In this document: piece by piece, positions 50,954-60,762 of the stretch
Layout: every line of letters starts with the position of its first letter
Numbering within the stretch: position 1 is the first letter of the stretch
The notes under the pieces: model-generated
Database searches by the model: none
Seen by the model: the letters and a program-made list of their open reading frames with translations, nothing else
Told to the model about the DNA's origin: nothing
Assembly (NCBI GenBank): GCA_016839555.1
Contig: JAEOUA010000010.1
Coordinates: 192,001-256,000 of the forward strand
DNA length: 64,000 nt
Origin: Promethearchaeota archaeon
Lineage (GTDB): Archaea > Asgardarchaeota > Lokiarchaeia > Sigyniarchaeales > SOKP01
Direction: 5' to 3'
Made by a program: the position numbers and the translations under genes

Positions 50954-53524
50954 ATGGCTACTGAAATCCAACCACTGGAAAATATTCTTCCTCCACTTCT
51001 AAAAGAAGGAATCGTGGTCTTTTGTGGCGCCGGTATCTCAATCCCGCCCCCAAGTTGTTCGCCTTCATGGTGGACACTTACCGAGGAGATTTTGAAAGCT
51101 TTTTTTGATAGAGTACCTGAAGACTATAATCTCCCAAAAGATATGATTATCAAAGATCCAGAAAGAACACCGGAGGAAGTATTTGAAGCATTCTCAAATA
51201 TATTAGATGAAAGAATGTATAAGGCTTTTGAAGTGCTAAATGTTGCTGAACCTAATGCTAACCATTATGCCCTTGCTCGTTTAGCTAAGAAAGGAATATT
51301 AAAGGCATGCTTTACAACTAATTTCGATATATACTTAGAAAAAGCATTAAAGGAGGAAGGGGTAGATTTTAAGCTTTTAGTTGAAAATATTGAATATGAA
51401 AAATATTTTGAAACTCATATTAGAAATATTGAAACTAATCATAAATTTATTTTATGTAAGGTTCATGGGACAATAGAAAGACCAAATACCATTGTAAGTG
51501 TTGCATCAGCCTATAAAAGTGCAAAGGGATTTTCTGCTCCTAAAGGAAATGTATTTAAAAAGTTAATAGAAACTTATCCTTGTGTGTTTTTAGGATATTC
51601 AGGATGGGATTTTAATCATTTAAATTATAGGAGGTTTTGGAAGCGAGTTGGACCTAGCGTTAAGAAAATAATTTGGAATAATCGCCCTGGTAAAAGGGAA
51701 AATATAGATTTTAGTGATATTTTTCAATCATGTTGGGGAATATTTGAATTTACACAAGCAGAGCTCCCAAATGGGCTTATAAAAGCCATAGAAAAGATTC
51801 CTGAACTAAAAATTGATATAGAAGATTTAACTATGGATTTGATTAAAGATGATGCATCCAATTATGCAAAAGCTCAGGCAGAAAGAATAAGATTTTTTAA
51901 TAATTGGGTTGGAGATTTTCCAGAATCACATATGATTGGACTAGTAATTACTGAAAGTCAAAAATTTTCCACAACTTTTAGAGAATTCATGAAACATACT
52001 AAAGAGTATACTCAAGACACTGAAGCGATTTCATATAATATAAGTAATAAAATTCAAGAAATAACTGAAAAACATAATTTAGGAGAAATTTCTCTTGAAG
52101 AATATCAACACCAAATTTTTACCATATCGCTTGAAAATGCTATAAAGTTGATCAGAAAAGAATATATACCAAGAATTAGAGAAATCATAAATAATAATGA
52201 ATTTCCAGGTATCACAGATAATTCAAGTATTGTTTTAATGTTATTAAACGCATTAATTGCAACCTCAAGATATTTTGATATTGATAAAGCTATATTTAAA
52301 GCGGTAGAATATATAAATAATGTACAAGAATTAAACAAGCTTCAGACCAATGAATCTAGAGCAGAACAAACAATTTTAGGATTTAAATTACAACTTGAAC
52401 GCCCAAATAGAGATGATTGGAAAAGATATCTTGATCAAATGTATTTAGAGAAGCAAGAATTTATTTCTGGAGAGATTGATTTTAATCAATTCAGTTCTAA
52501 CTGTGCAAAGATAAATCAAAAAGCAGTAAATGAATTGGTAGGAATGACTGTTGATATTTATGAATTATTAGACAAACAAGTTGAAGCTACAATTAGGAGT
52601 AATTCAACAGATGAATTTGAGGATCAAGCAGGAGCGTTATCCATCACGATTATGCAAATTGCAGCATATTTATGCTCAAAATTTTATAATAATCAAATTT
52701 ATTTGGATTTACTTGAAGCACTTAGTCAAAATAATCTTCCTGAACATCAAAGAGATCCTAATAAAGTAATTAAAAAAGAGATGCTGGATGGAATTGATAA
52801 AATAATTCGTGATCCATTCATTCCGGTATTAAAAATTGCAGAACAAGAAAGTAATCTGGTTTCAATATTAATGGAAATGGCAATTCTTTCAATTTGGATT
52901 CAAACTGTTCAGTATCTGGATCCTATTGGGATGAAAGAATATCAAAGAATGTGGGATGCAGGAGAATATCCAAAACGCTTCTCCCCTAAGATGATATATA
53001 ATTATCTAAAAGAAAAAATTAAACCTTGGCTTGATAATGCGTTAGAGAATCTACCCGCAAGATATGCTCAGAAATTGTGTGGAAATCTCGCTATTATGGG
53101 AGAGATGGGTGATGATCTTGATTTATGTAAGCAAGCAACTTTAAGAAGCTTGGAATTAAGTGAGAATATGGTCACAGAAGCTACTCCTGAAAATATTCCA
53201 GGAAACCTAGCTGCTTTTTACGAGCGTTTAGGAGATTCAGAAAATGCGCTAAAATATTATATGATTTGTTTAAATGGAATAAAATTAAGATATCCGCCCG
53301 TATTGGCAGATGCAATTGTTTATAGAACTGCAGTCCTTTTGAATGAAAAGGGTGAAAAAACAAAGGCTTTAGAAATTTTAGGTACCTTTCACCCTTCATT
53401 TAGAGGAAATGCAAGTTCTGTAGTTCTAGTATCACGCAAAAAGGGAGAATTGCTTGCCGAAGAATTAGCAAGAGATTTAGGTTATAAAGATGCACATATT
53501 GCTGTGAATAATGTATTAGGATAA
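50954..53524 (+). CDS. SIR2-family domain fused to a long helical/TPR-like region
   Basis: FCGAGIS, TTNFD, KVHG, FLGYSG; C-terminal GNLAAFYERLGDSENALKYY TPR-like. Confidence 0.8.
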   Translation: MATEIQPLENILPPLLKEGIVVFCGAGISIPPPSCSPSWWTLTEEILKAFFDRVPEDYNLPKDMIIKDPERTPEEVFEAFSNILDERMYKAFEVLNVAEPNANHYALARLAKKGILKACFTTNFDIYLEKALKEEGVDFKLLVENIEYEKYFETHIRNIETNHKFILCKVHGTIERPNTIVSVASAYKSAKGFSAPKGNVFKKLIETYPCVFLGYSGWDFNHLNYRRFWKRVGPSVKKIIWNNRPGKRENIDFSDIFQSCWGIFEFTQAELPNGLIKAIEKIPELKIDIEDLTMDLIKDDASNYAKAQAERIRFFNNWVGDFPESHMIGLVITESQKFSTTFREFMKHTKEYTQDTEAISYNISNKIQEITEKHNLGEISLEEYQHQIFTISLENAIKLIRKEYIPRIREIINNNEFPGITDNSSIVLMLLNALIATSRYFDIDKAIFKAVEYINNVQELNKLQTNESRAEQTILGFKLQLERPNRDDWKRYLDQMYLEKQEFISGEIDFNQFSSNCAKINQKAVNELVGMTVDIYELLDKQVEATIRSNSTDEFEDQAGALSITIMQIAAYLCSKFYNNQIYLDLLEALSQNNLPEHQRDPNKVIKKEMLDGIDKIIRDPFIPVLKIAEQESNLVSILMEMAILSIWIQTVQYLDPIGMKEYQRMWDAGEYPKRFSPKMIYNYLKEKIKPWLDNALENLPARYAQKLCGNLAIMGEMGDDLDLCKQATLRSLELSENMVTEATPENIPGNLAAFYERLGDSENALKYYMICLNGIKLRYPPVLADAIVYRTAVLLNEKGEKTKALEILGTFHPSFRGNASSVVLVSRKKGELLAEELARDLGYKDAHIAVNNVLG

Positions 53525-53853
53525 ACCCTTCCATATTAAACCTCTTATATTTTTTAGTATCAATTAATTATGCAAACATAAACTATAGATCGATTTTTTT
53601 TATATTTTTTGTATTTAAAAGTATATCTATTAATGACATTTCTTTTCCTATTGAAAAATTTTTAAATACCCAAAAATGATTTAGATGAATTAAAATATGA
53701 TATATCTTCATTAAAATCATTGATAATTCTATTTTTTGATAAAACGAAACCTTTATATATAAAGCTGATTAATATTTTACTAATGAATTCTGATGATCGA
53801 TAATGATCACTTTATCTATTTAAAACGTATGAAAAAGTAAGACGAATATAGAT

Positions 53854-56364
53854 ATGAAAAAAATAAAAAATGAAACAGAGAAACCAAATAAATCGAAAAA
53901 TTCCTTGAAATCAAATAGAAAAAGTAAAAAGAGTTTAAGACAAAATAATCTCCCAAAATCAGTTAAGAAACCGAAAAAAATAAACCAAGTTGCTGCTATA
54001 TCGCTTCTAATACTCGGAATCGCCCTAATACCTGGTGCTATCTTTTTAAATTCTTTTATTCAAGAAGAAATCGATAAAGGAATTGAAGAACAAATTTTAG
54101 TTCCTACTTCTCCTGGTACCAATTTCTTAGCATTTATCACAAATGATTATCTTGGAGCTCCAGAAGAATTTAAAACCTTTTATCTATGGAATTTAACCAA
54201 TCCCGATGAATTTCTCTCTGGTGATGAAAAACCCATATATGAACAAATCGGACCATTTAAATTCAGAGATCTGAAGTATAAATACGATATTGCCTATAAT
54301 CCGTTGCTCACTGAAGTTACTTATAAAGAATACGATAAATATGTACAAGTTGCAGGTGATAATATTTCTGAAGTCTATATAACAAACATTAATCCTGGAT
54401 TTTTGGGTGCCATTGAGTACGCCGGCGGAACTGAGCAAAACCTCATCGAAATGAACTTACCTTTAGTGCTTTCTAAAGTAAAGGGAATGTTTTGTGAAGA
54501 ATTGAATCAGACATTAGGAGAAGTTCTCACAGAAGAAGGAATGTTCAGTATGTTAAATGAGACACTTATGGGAATAATAAATGATGCAAGAGTCGACAGT
54601 TCTTTTATTGATGCATTTTTAGATTTACTGGAAACCTTTTATGGAGAAGGTATAATTGAAACATGGATTGAAAATATAATAACATACATTTTCGATTATC
54701 TTCTACCTCCAGAACATTTAATTAATTTTATGGCTAATGCAATGCCCACAGCTGAAGAAGTTTTTTATGAAGAATGGGCAAATGACTATTTTCCTGAAGT
54801 AGATGCTAATCTTACTACGCTTTATGAAGAAATCGAAGGAGTTAATAGTACTGTGTTATTAGATATATTGGAATTCATTTTTGAGACATTTCCTGCTCTT
54901 AAAGATTTAGGAGAATCCATAATGGGGAGTATAATTCAACAATTAGGTGATGATATGGTAAAAAGTGAGGGGAGCAGTGACGGAACGGGTATTGATTTAG
55001 ATGGGCGAGATCCATATAATTATCCGGGTTCTTATAGAGATTTAAATATCGCGAATCATACTGATGGAGGGTCTAGTTTGACCTACGAGCAATGTACTGC
55101 ACTTTGGAATGAGAGTGATCCTAATTCGCTTCTTGGAATGGATTATGAAATCAATAAAGTTTGGTTTGATGCTCTTAATGGTGATAACGATTCACAATAT
55201 TTCTTAAGGGACCATTTTGGAATAACAGAAACTCAACTTAACTCTATTTTGAATTGGATCGAAACAGGTCTATCCACTTGGCTACCAAATTTAATAGAAT
55301 ACTCCTTAAATAAGGAGTATAATAGTGGAGTGATAACGAATAGAACAGTAGAAGAATGGTTATTTACAGCAGAAGACGCAGCTATCAAAGATGCTATGTC
55401 ACAGAATGGGAAAGATGAGTCACTTGCTCGTGTTAATCTGTTTGATAGCTGTCAAAATGAAACTGAGGCAGAAGAAGCAGATATAAAAAGTATTACTATA
55501 ATGACAGGAGAAAATAATAAATATCTTGCCCGACAAGTAGTTAAATACGATGGTAAATCAACTATAAATATCTGGGAAAGTACAGAAAAAATAAGAGGCT
55601 CCTTAGGAATGTATAATATTCCTGGTATGACTGATCTTATACCTCCTAAGATCTTTATTTCAGATTTAATGCGCGTTATTGACATGGTATACATAGGTCC
55701 AACCTCAATATTTGGGGTTAACTTAAATAGATTCACGTTTGCTCCGAAAACATTCTCACCTAATGAAAATTACTATATGAATACTCAAGGATTAATCAAT
55801 GTGCAGGCGGTGGAGAAATTTCAAGGAGTTCCTGTGCTTGTAAGCAAACCTCATTTTCTTGATAGTGATCCGAGTGTTATAAATGCCATAGAAGGCATAG
55901 AACCTAATAGAATATCACATGATACCTTTATAGATGTGGAACCCATATCTGGAGTAACTATGAATGCGCGAGAACGGATTCAGGTGAATTTCAATGTGTC
56001 CTCCGACGAATATTTTACATCTGATATAAATACCACAGTAATGCCCATTGCCTGGTATGAGCAAAGCGGAATAGTTCCAAAACATTTAGCGGATAGATTT
56101 ACTCAGGAAGTGTATCCCGCACAAACAGCACAAATCGCGATAATTTCCGGTGGACTGGTATTAGGTGTGGTATTTTCCATAGCAGGTGGGTCTGGAACCT
56201 TAAATAACGAATTTAAAAAGTCTATAATAAGGAAAAGGCTTGGCCCTAAGGGTAAAAAAGCAATGAAATCAAAATTAGGTTATAAAACTGAGGAGAGTAA
56301 ATTAAAAAAGAAAAAACTAATCAATTCCTCCGAATCATTTGAGAAAAAACCCCATAAGAACTAA
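53854..56364 (+). CDS. CD36/SR-BI/LIMP-2 family membrane protein
   Basis: N- and C-terminal TM; FYLWNLTNP..F, EQIGPFKF, PVLVSKPHFLDSD, HDTFIDVEPISG...RIQVN, MPIAW. Confidence 0.85.
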   Translation: MKKIKNETEKPNKSKNSLKSNRKSKKSLRQNNLPKSVKKPKKINQVAAISLLILGIALIPGAIFLNSFIQEEIDKGIEEQILVPTSPGTNFLAFITNDYLGAPEEFKTFYLWNLTNPDEFLSGDEKPIYEQIGPFKFRDLKYKYDIAYNPLLTEVTYKEYDKYVQVAGDNISEVYITNINPGFLGAIEYAGGTEQNLIEMNLPLVLSKVKGMFCEELNQTLGEVLTEEGMFSMLNETLMGIINDARVDSSFIDAFLDLLETFYGEGIIETWIENIITYIFDYLLPPEHLINFMANAMPTAEEVFYEEWANDYFPEVDANLTTLYEEIEGVNSTVLLDILEFIFETFPALKDLGESIMGSIIQQLGDDMVKSEGSSDGTGIDLDGRDPYNYPGSYRDLNIANHTDGGSSLTYEQCTALWNESDPNSLLGMDYEINKVWFDALNGDNDSQYFLRDHFGITETQLNSILNWIETGLSTWLPNLIEYSLNKEYNSGVITNRTVEEWLFTAEDAAIKDAMSQNGKDESLARVNLFDSCQNETEAEEADIKSITIMTGENNKYLARQVVKYDGKSTINIWESTEKIRGSLGMYNIPGMTDLIPPKIFISDLMRVIDMVYIGPTSIFGVNLNRFTFAPKTFSPNENYYMNTQGLINVQAVEKFQGVPVLVSKPHFLDSDPSVINAIEGIEPNRISHDTFIDVEPISGVTMNARERIQVNFNVSSDEYFTSDINTTVMPIAWYEQSGIVPKHLADRFTQEVYPAQTAQIAIISGGLVLGVVFSIAGGSGTLNNEFKKSIIRKRLGPKGKKAMKSKLGYKTEESKLKKKKLINSSESFEKKPHKN

Positions 56365-56521
56365 AACGTCTTAAAAACTTATAAAAATTCATTTATTCCT
56401 ATTTTTTTATTATATTTTTGTTAAGAGAAAATATTATTTTAAAATAAAACGTATACAATTAATTTTTATGAGAAACTAAAAAATAAACTTACGAATACTA
56501 TATTATAAAATTAAATCGAGA

Positions 56522-57226
56522 TTAATCAATAATAATAGAAAGATCAAAATAAGAGTCTTTTTTATCTCCACCAATATGGTAATTCTCGATTTTGCACTCA
56601 ATCTTTCGGTTTGTTTCTTTTTCTAATATTCCTTCAGTGAGACCGCATATAAAATGTAAGTGATAAATGTAGTTGTCATTTTCTTCCAAAAAAACGGAAT
56701 TTCGGAAGCGATAAGTAGCCTTCTTACCTTTAGGATCTATCTTTAAAATCGAAATATCCACATCTGGTTGGAAGATGTCGTAAGTTGGATAAAATTCTTT
56801 AAATATTTCCAGATGGATCTTAGTGAGTTGAGAGATTGGATGACTTTTTATATATTTTAATTGCTTGTAAATTTTTGGACTGAATGTGAATTTGATATCC
56901 TGAACGTTTTCTTTTATTAATTCTTTAAAAAATTCTCCTTTTTCAGGAAAATTTTTTTTTAATCCTTTTAATAAGATTTTGTAATAAGATAAAACAAGGG
57001 AATTAGGGAGATAATTTTCTTCTGACGAGAAATAAAGCGAATATGCTCCCACTTTCTTTTTATAGATTTTATTTTTTAATTTTAAGATACTAATATATTT
57101 TGATACCGTATTTCTTGAGTAACCTTTAATATCAGAAATGTCTGTGATAGTTACTCCACCAGGATTGTTTTTAATACATTGTAGTATTTCATATTCATAC
57201 TTTATACTGCTATCTTGCTCCGAAAT
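56522..57226 (-). CDS. Winged-helix transcriptional regulator with a C-terminal V4R-like domain; start probably ATT at 57226
   Basis: Frame extends upstream of the ORF-track GTG and encodes EILQCIKNNPGGVTITDISDIKGYSRNTVSKYISIL; C-terminal HFICGLTEGIL. Confidence 0.7.
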   Translation of the reverse strand: MSEQDSSIKYEYEILQCIKNNPGGVTITDISDIKGYSRNTVSKYISILKLKNKIYKKKVGAYSLYFSSEENYLPNSLVLSYYKILLKGLKKNFPEKGEFFKELIKENVQDIKFTFSPKIYKQLKYIKSHPISQLTKIHLEIFKEFYPTYDIFQPDVDISILKIDPKGKKATYRFRNSVFLEENDNYIYHLHFICGLTEGILEKETNRKIECKIENYHIGGDKKDSYFDLSIIID

Positions 57227-57402
57227 TCTTAAACACCACGAGAAAATTCTTTCAAATAAGAGTAAAGATTTATCTCTTATATGTTTTTTTACATTAAATT
57301 TGAAATTAATTAGATCAAATAATAAGATTCAATATTAATGATTTTAATGATAAAATAATAAAAAAAATTAATGATTTCTTTTGCTTTTTTTTTAAAAGAA
57401 AT

Positions 57403-58545
57403 ATGTCCAAAATTCACAGAATTCTCCGAGAAAAAACTTACCTCCTCTGCAAAGGACTTTATTTAAGCAATGAATTGATTATTTATTACAAAAAGCAAGG
57501 AATTAACCTTGATTTTGGAAGGAAGGGAGGCGCAGGACCATTGGGAGGAAGATATTTTTTATTAGATGATGAAAAAACCTTAGTTAATGTTGCCTTATGG
57601 GATAATAAAGAAAGAACGGAATTAACTTTAGGAGAAAAGAAAGATAAATTCTTTGAAGTAATTAATAGAAATAACGAGGATGTTTTTTGCCACTTGGATT
57701 TAATTGAAAATCCCGAATATTATTCCCCCAACTATAAAACTTCTGATGGTATAGAAATGAAAAAAATAGCCTTAGTCCACGGAGTCGATTGTCTTGCTAC
57801 AACTATTTACCAAAAATGTAAATACTGGGAATGTGGGGAAGCATGCAAGTTCTGTGGAATTGAACTTAGCCTTGCTTATGGTACCACCATTCTAGAAAAA
57901 AACGCTAAACAGATCTCAGAAGTTATTACCGTTGCTAAAAATGAAGGAAGATGCGCCCATATGACGATAACCAGTGGGACAGAAGCAAGTGAAGACAAAG
58001 GAGCCCTAAGATATATAAATGTTCTAAAGGGTGTGAAAAAAAAGCACCCAGATATTCCTCTTCATGTTCAGATTGAGCCTTTAGAAGATTTAACATATCT
58101 AGATAAATTAAAGGAAGCTGGTGCGGATACGATTGGAATTCATATCGAACTTTTAGATGATAAACTTCGAAAAAAAATTACTCCTGGCAAATATAAGATA
58201 CCTTATAACTGTTTTGTTAAGAGCTGGAAAAATGCTCTTGAGGTATTTGGAAAAAATCAAGTGGAATCCTTCATATTAACTGGTTATGGAGAACCTATTG
58301 AAAAATTTATGAGGGATTTAGAAGATGTTATTTCTATTGGCGTGATCCCTTTTATAACACCCGTGCGGGCAATTCCTCTTAAAGGATCCAAAACCCCTCC
58401 CACTAATCCAGAGAATTTATTAAAAATTTATTATCAAGCCGCGGAATTAATGAAGGAGTATGGAATTAACCCCCTTGAAAATAAAGCAGGATGCGTTAGA
58501 TGCGGCGGCTGTTCAGCCATCAGTGAGGCATTTAAAATTTTTTGA
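57403..58545 (+). CDS. Radical SAM protein, MSMEG_0568-like
   Basis: KIALVHG, QKC...CKFCGI, TSGT, C-terminal KAGCVRCGGCS. Confidence 0.75.
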   Translation: MSKIHRILREKTYLLCKGLYLSNELIIYYKKQGINLDFGRKGGAGPLGGRYFLLDDEKTLVNVALWDNKERTELTLGEKKDKFFEVINRNNEDVFCHLDLIENPEYYSPNYKTSDGIEMKKIALVHGVDCLATTIYQKCKYWECGEACKFCGIELSLAYGTTILEKNAKQISEVITVAKNEGRCAHMTITSGTEASEDKGALRYINVLKGVKKKHPDIPLHVQIEPLEDLTYLDKLKEAGADTIGIHIELLDDKLRKKITPGKYKIPYNCFVKSWKNALEVFGKNQVESFILTGYGEPIEKFMRDLEDVISIGVIPFITPVRAIPLKGSKTPPTNPENLLKIYYQAAELMKEYGINPLENKAGCVRCGGCSAISEAFKIF

Positions 58546-58688
58546 CGCTAGAATTTTTAATATACTTTATTTTCTACGATTAAAAAATTATACATAATTT
58601 ATACTGCTTAAAAAAGTTAAAAAAAGTTCCATTGTTATTTAAATTGATATCTTTAAATTTATTTTAAATTAAAGTTTATTTTTAGAAA

Positions 58689-60335
58689 ATGACGGAAATA
58701 AAAACTGCTAAGGATAAAGAAAAAGAATCAGAAGGAAAGGAGCGCCAAAAGCAAAGAACTTTTAGAAATTTATCAGATATCGAAATAAAACGCCTTTATA
58801 AACCAGAAGATGTTGCCGATTTGAATTATGAGCAAGATTTAGGAGAGCCGGGAAAATATCCTTATACCAGAGGCCCTTATAAAAATATGTATAGGGGCAG
58901 GTTGTGGACAATGCGACAATTTGCGGGTTTTGGAACAGCAGAACAAACTAATAAGCGATTTAAATTTTTAATTGAGCATGGTCAGACGGGTTTAAGTGTG
59001 GCATTTCATTTGCCAACTATCTATGGATATGAGTCTTGTGATGAAAAAGCGCTCGGGGAAGTTGGCAAAGAGGGCGTTGCTATTGATATTCTTAAAGATA
59101 TGGAAATATTATTTGACGGGATTGATTTATCTAAGATTTCTACATCAATGACGATTAATGCGCCAGCATCTATTTTATTAGCAATGTACATTGTAGTAGC
59201 TGAAAAACAAGGGGTTGCTCCAGAAGAATTGAGAGGAACAATCCAAAATGATATATTAAAAGAATATATTGCACAAAAATCTTGGATATTCCCTCCAGAA
59301 CCTTCTATGAGATTAATTATAGATACAATAGAATATTGTACCAAACATGTTCCACAATGGTACACAATTAGCATAAGCGGATATCATATTCGAGAAGCTG
59401 GTTCAACGGCTGTTCAAGAATTAGCTTTTACATTAGCTGACGGATTTGCATATGTGGAAGCTGCTCTGGAGAGAGGATTAGATGTTGACGATTTTGCTCA
59501 TAGATTATCTTTTTTCTTCAATGCACATAATAATTTTTTTGAAGAAATAGCAAAATATAGAGCAGCGAGAAGGATTTGGGCTAAAAGAATGAAAAATAAA
59601 TACGGAGCAAAAAAACCAGAATCGATGCGTCTCAGATTCCATACTCAAACTGCTGGAGTTTCATTAACTGCGCAAGATCCGGAAAGTAATATTGTACGTG
59701 TTGCATATCAAGGTTTAGCCGCAGTATTAGGCGGTACCCAATCTTTACATACAAATTCTTTTGATGAAGCTTTATGTTTACCGACCGAGAAAGCGGTGAG
59801 GATTGCATTAAGAACTCAACAAATTATAGCACATGAAACGGGAGTTGCTGATACCGTCGATCCATTGGCGGGCTCTTATTTTGTTGAATGGTTAACTAAT
59901 AAAATGGAAGAAGAAGCAAATAAATATTTTGAAAGAATTGAAGAATTAGGAGGCGTGATCCCCGCGATCAAGAAAAATTTCTTTCAAAAAGAAATCGCAA
60001 ATGCTTCATATAAATATCAAAAAGAAGTAGATAGAAAAGAAAGAATAATCGTAGGAGTTAATAAATTTAAACCAAAAACAGAAAAAGAATTAGAGATTCT
60101 CAAAATTGATGAAAAAGTAGCACTCGATCAAATCAAGAATCTAAATAAAGTAAAACAGAAGCGCAATAATAAAGCAACCAAGCAAGTTTTATCGGAACTT
60201 AAGGAAGCTGCTAAAGGAACCGAAAATTTAATGCCGTATATCATTTCTGCTGTGCGAGAATATGCATCTGTGGGAGAGATTATAGGAACACTCAAAGAAG
60301 TTTTTGGAACTTATAGAGAGGATTCAATATTTTAA
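58689..60335 (+). CDS. B12-dependent acyl-CoA mutase large subunit (MutA/IcmA-like)
   Basis: PGKYPYTRG, WTMRQFAGF, GTIQNDILKE, SISGYH, LRFHTQT, QSLHTN. Confidence 0.95.
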   Translation: MTEIKTAKDKEKESEGKERQKQRTFRNLSDIEIKRLYKPEDVADLNYEQDLGEPGKYPYTRGPYKNMYRGRLWTMRQFAGFGTAEQTNKRFKFLIEHGQTGLSVAFHLPTIYGYESCDEKALGEVGKEGVAIDILKDMEILFDGIDLSKISTSMTINAPASILLAMYIVVAEKQGVAPEELRGTIQNDILKEYIAQKSWIFPPEPSMRLIIDTIEYCTKHVPQWYTISISGYHIREAGSTAVQELAFTLADGFAYVEAALERGLDVDDFAHRLSFFFNAHNNFFEEIAKYRAARRIWAKRMKNKYGAKKPESMRLRFHTQTAGVSLTAQDPESNIVRVAYQGLAAVLGGTQSLHTNSFDEALCLPTEKAVRIALRTQQIIAHETGVADTVDPLAGSYFVEWLTNKMEEEANKYFERIEELGGVIPAIKKNFFQKEIANASYKYQKEVDRKERIIVGVNKFKPKTEKELEILKIDEKVALDQIKNLNKVKQKRNNKATKQVLSELKEAAKGTENLMPYIISAVREYASVGEIIGTLKEVFGTYREDSIF

Positions 60336-60338
60336 TAG

Positions 60339-60749
60339 GTGGATAAGATGGAAAATAAAAGGAAGATAAAAGTCTTAGTAACTAAACCTGGGCTTAATGG
60401 ACATGATCGGGGGGCGAAAGTTGTAGCTCGGGGTCTTAGAGATGCTGGGATGGAAGTAATATATACTGGGCTTCATCAAACACCGAAAGATATAGTAAAT
60501 ACCATCATTCAAGAAGATCCTGATGCTGTGTTATTGAGTATCTTAAGCGGGGCTCATAACGCCTTATGTCCAAAAATTATGGAATTGTTAAAAGAGCAAA
60601 ATATAGATGATGTATTAGTGGCCGTTGGGGGTATTATTCCCGAAGAAGACAAAGAAAGTTTACAAAAAATTGGATTGAAAGGTTTTTATGGACCTGGTAC
60701 AGAAATTAAGACAATTGTTGAATTTGTAAGAAAAAATCTAAAGCGATAA
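60339..60749 (+). CDS. Cobalamin-binding small subunit of acyl-CoA mutase
   Basis: KPGLNGHDRGAK, SILSGAH, GGIIP, GPGT. Confidence 0.95.
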   Translation: MDKMENKRKIKVLVTKPGLNGHDRGAKVVARGLRDAGMEVIYTGLHQTPKDIVNTIIQEDPDAVLLSILSGAHNALCPKIMELLKEQNIDDVLVAVGGIIPEEDKESLQKIGLKGFYGPGTEIKTIVEFVRKNLKR

Positions 60750-60762
60750 TTAAGATCTTATA

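Noticed and set aside
53780-53815. TGATGA-containing stretch as a C/D box sRNA
   Set aside because: No properly spaced CTGA D box or terminal stem.
57138-57338. 66-aa plus-strand ORF
   Set aside because: Antisense to the winged-helix extension of the minus-strand regulator.
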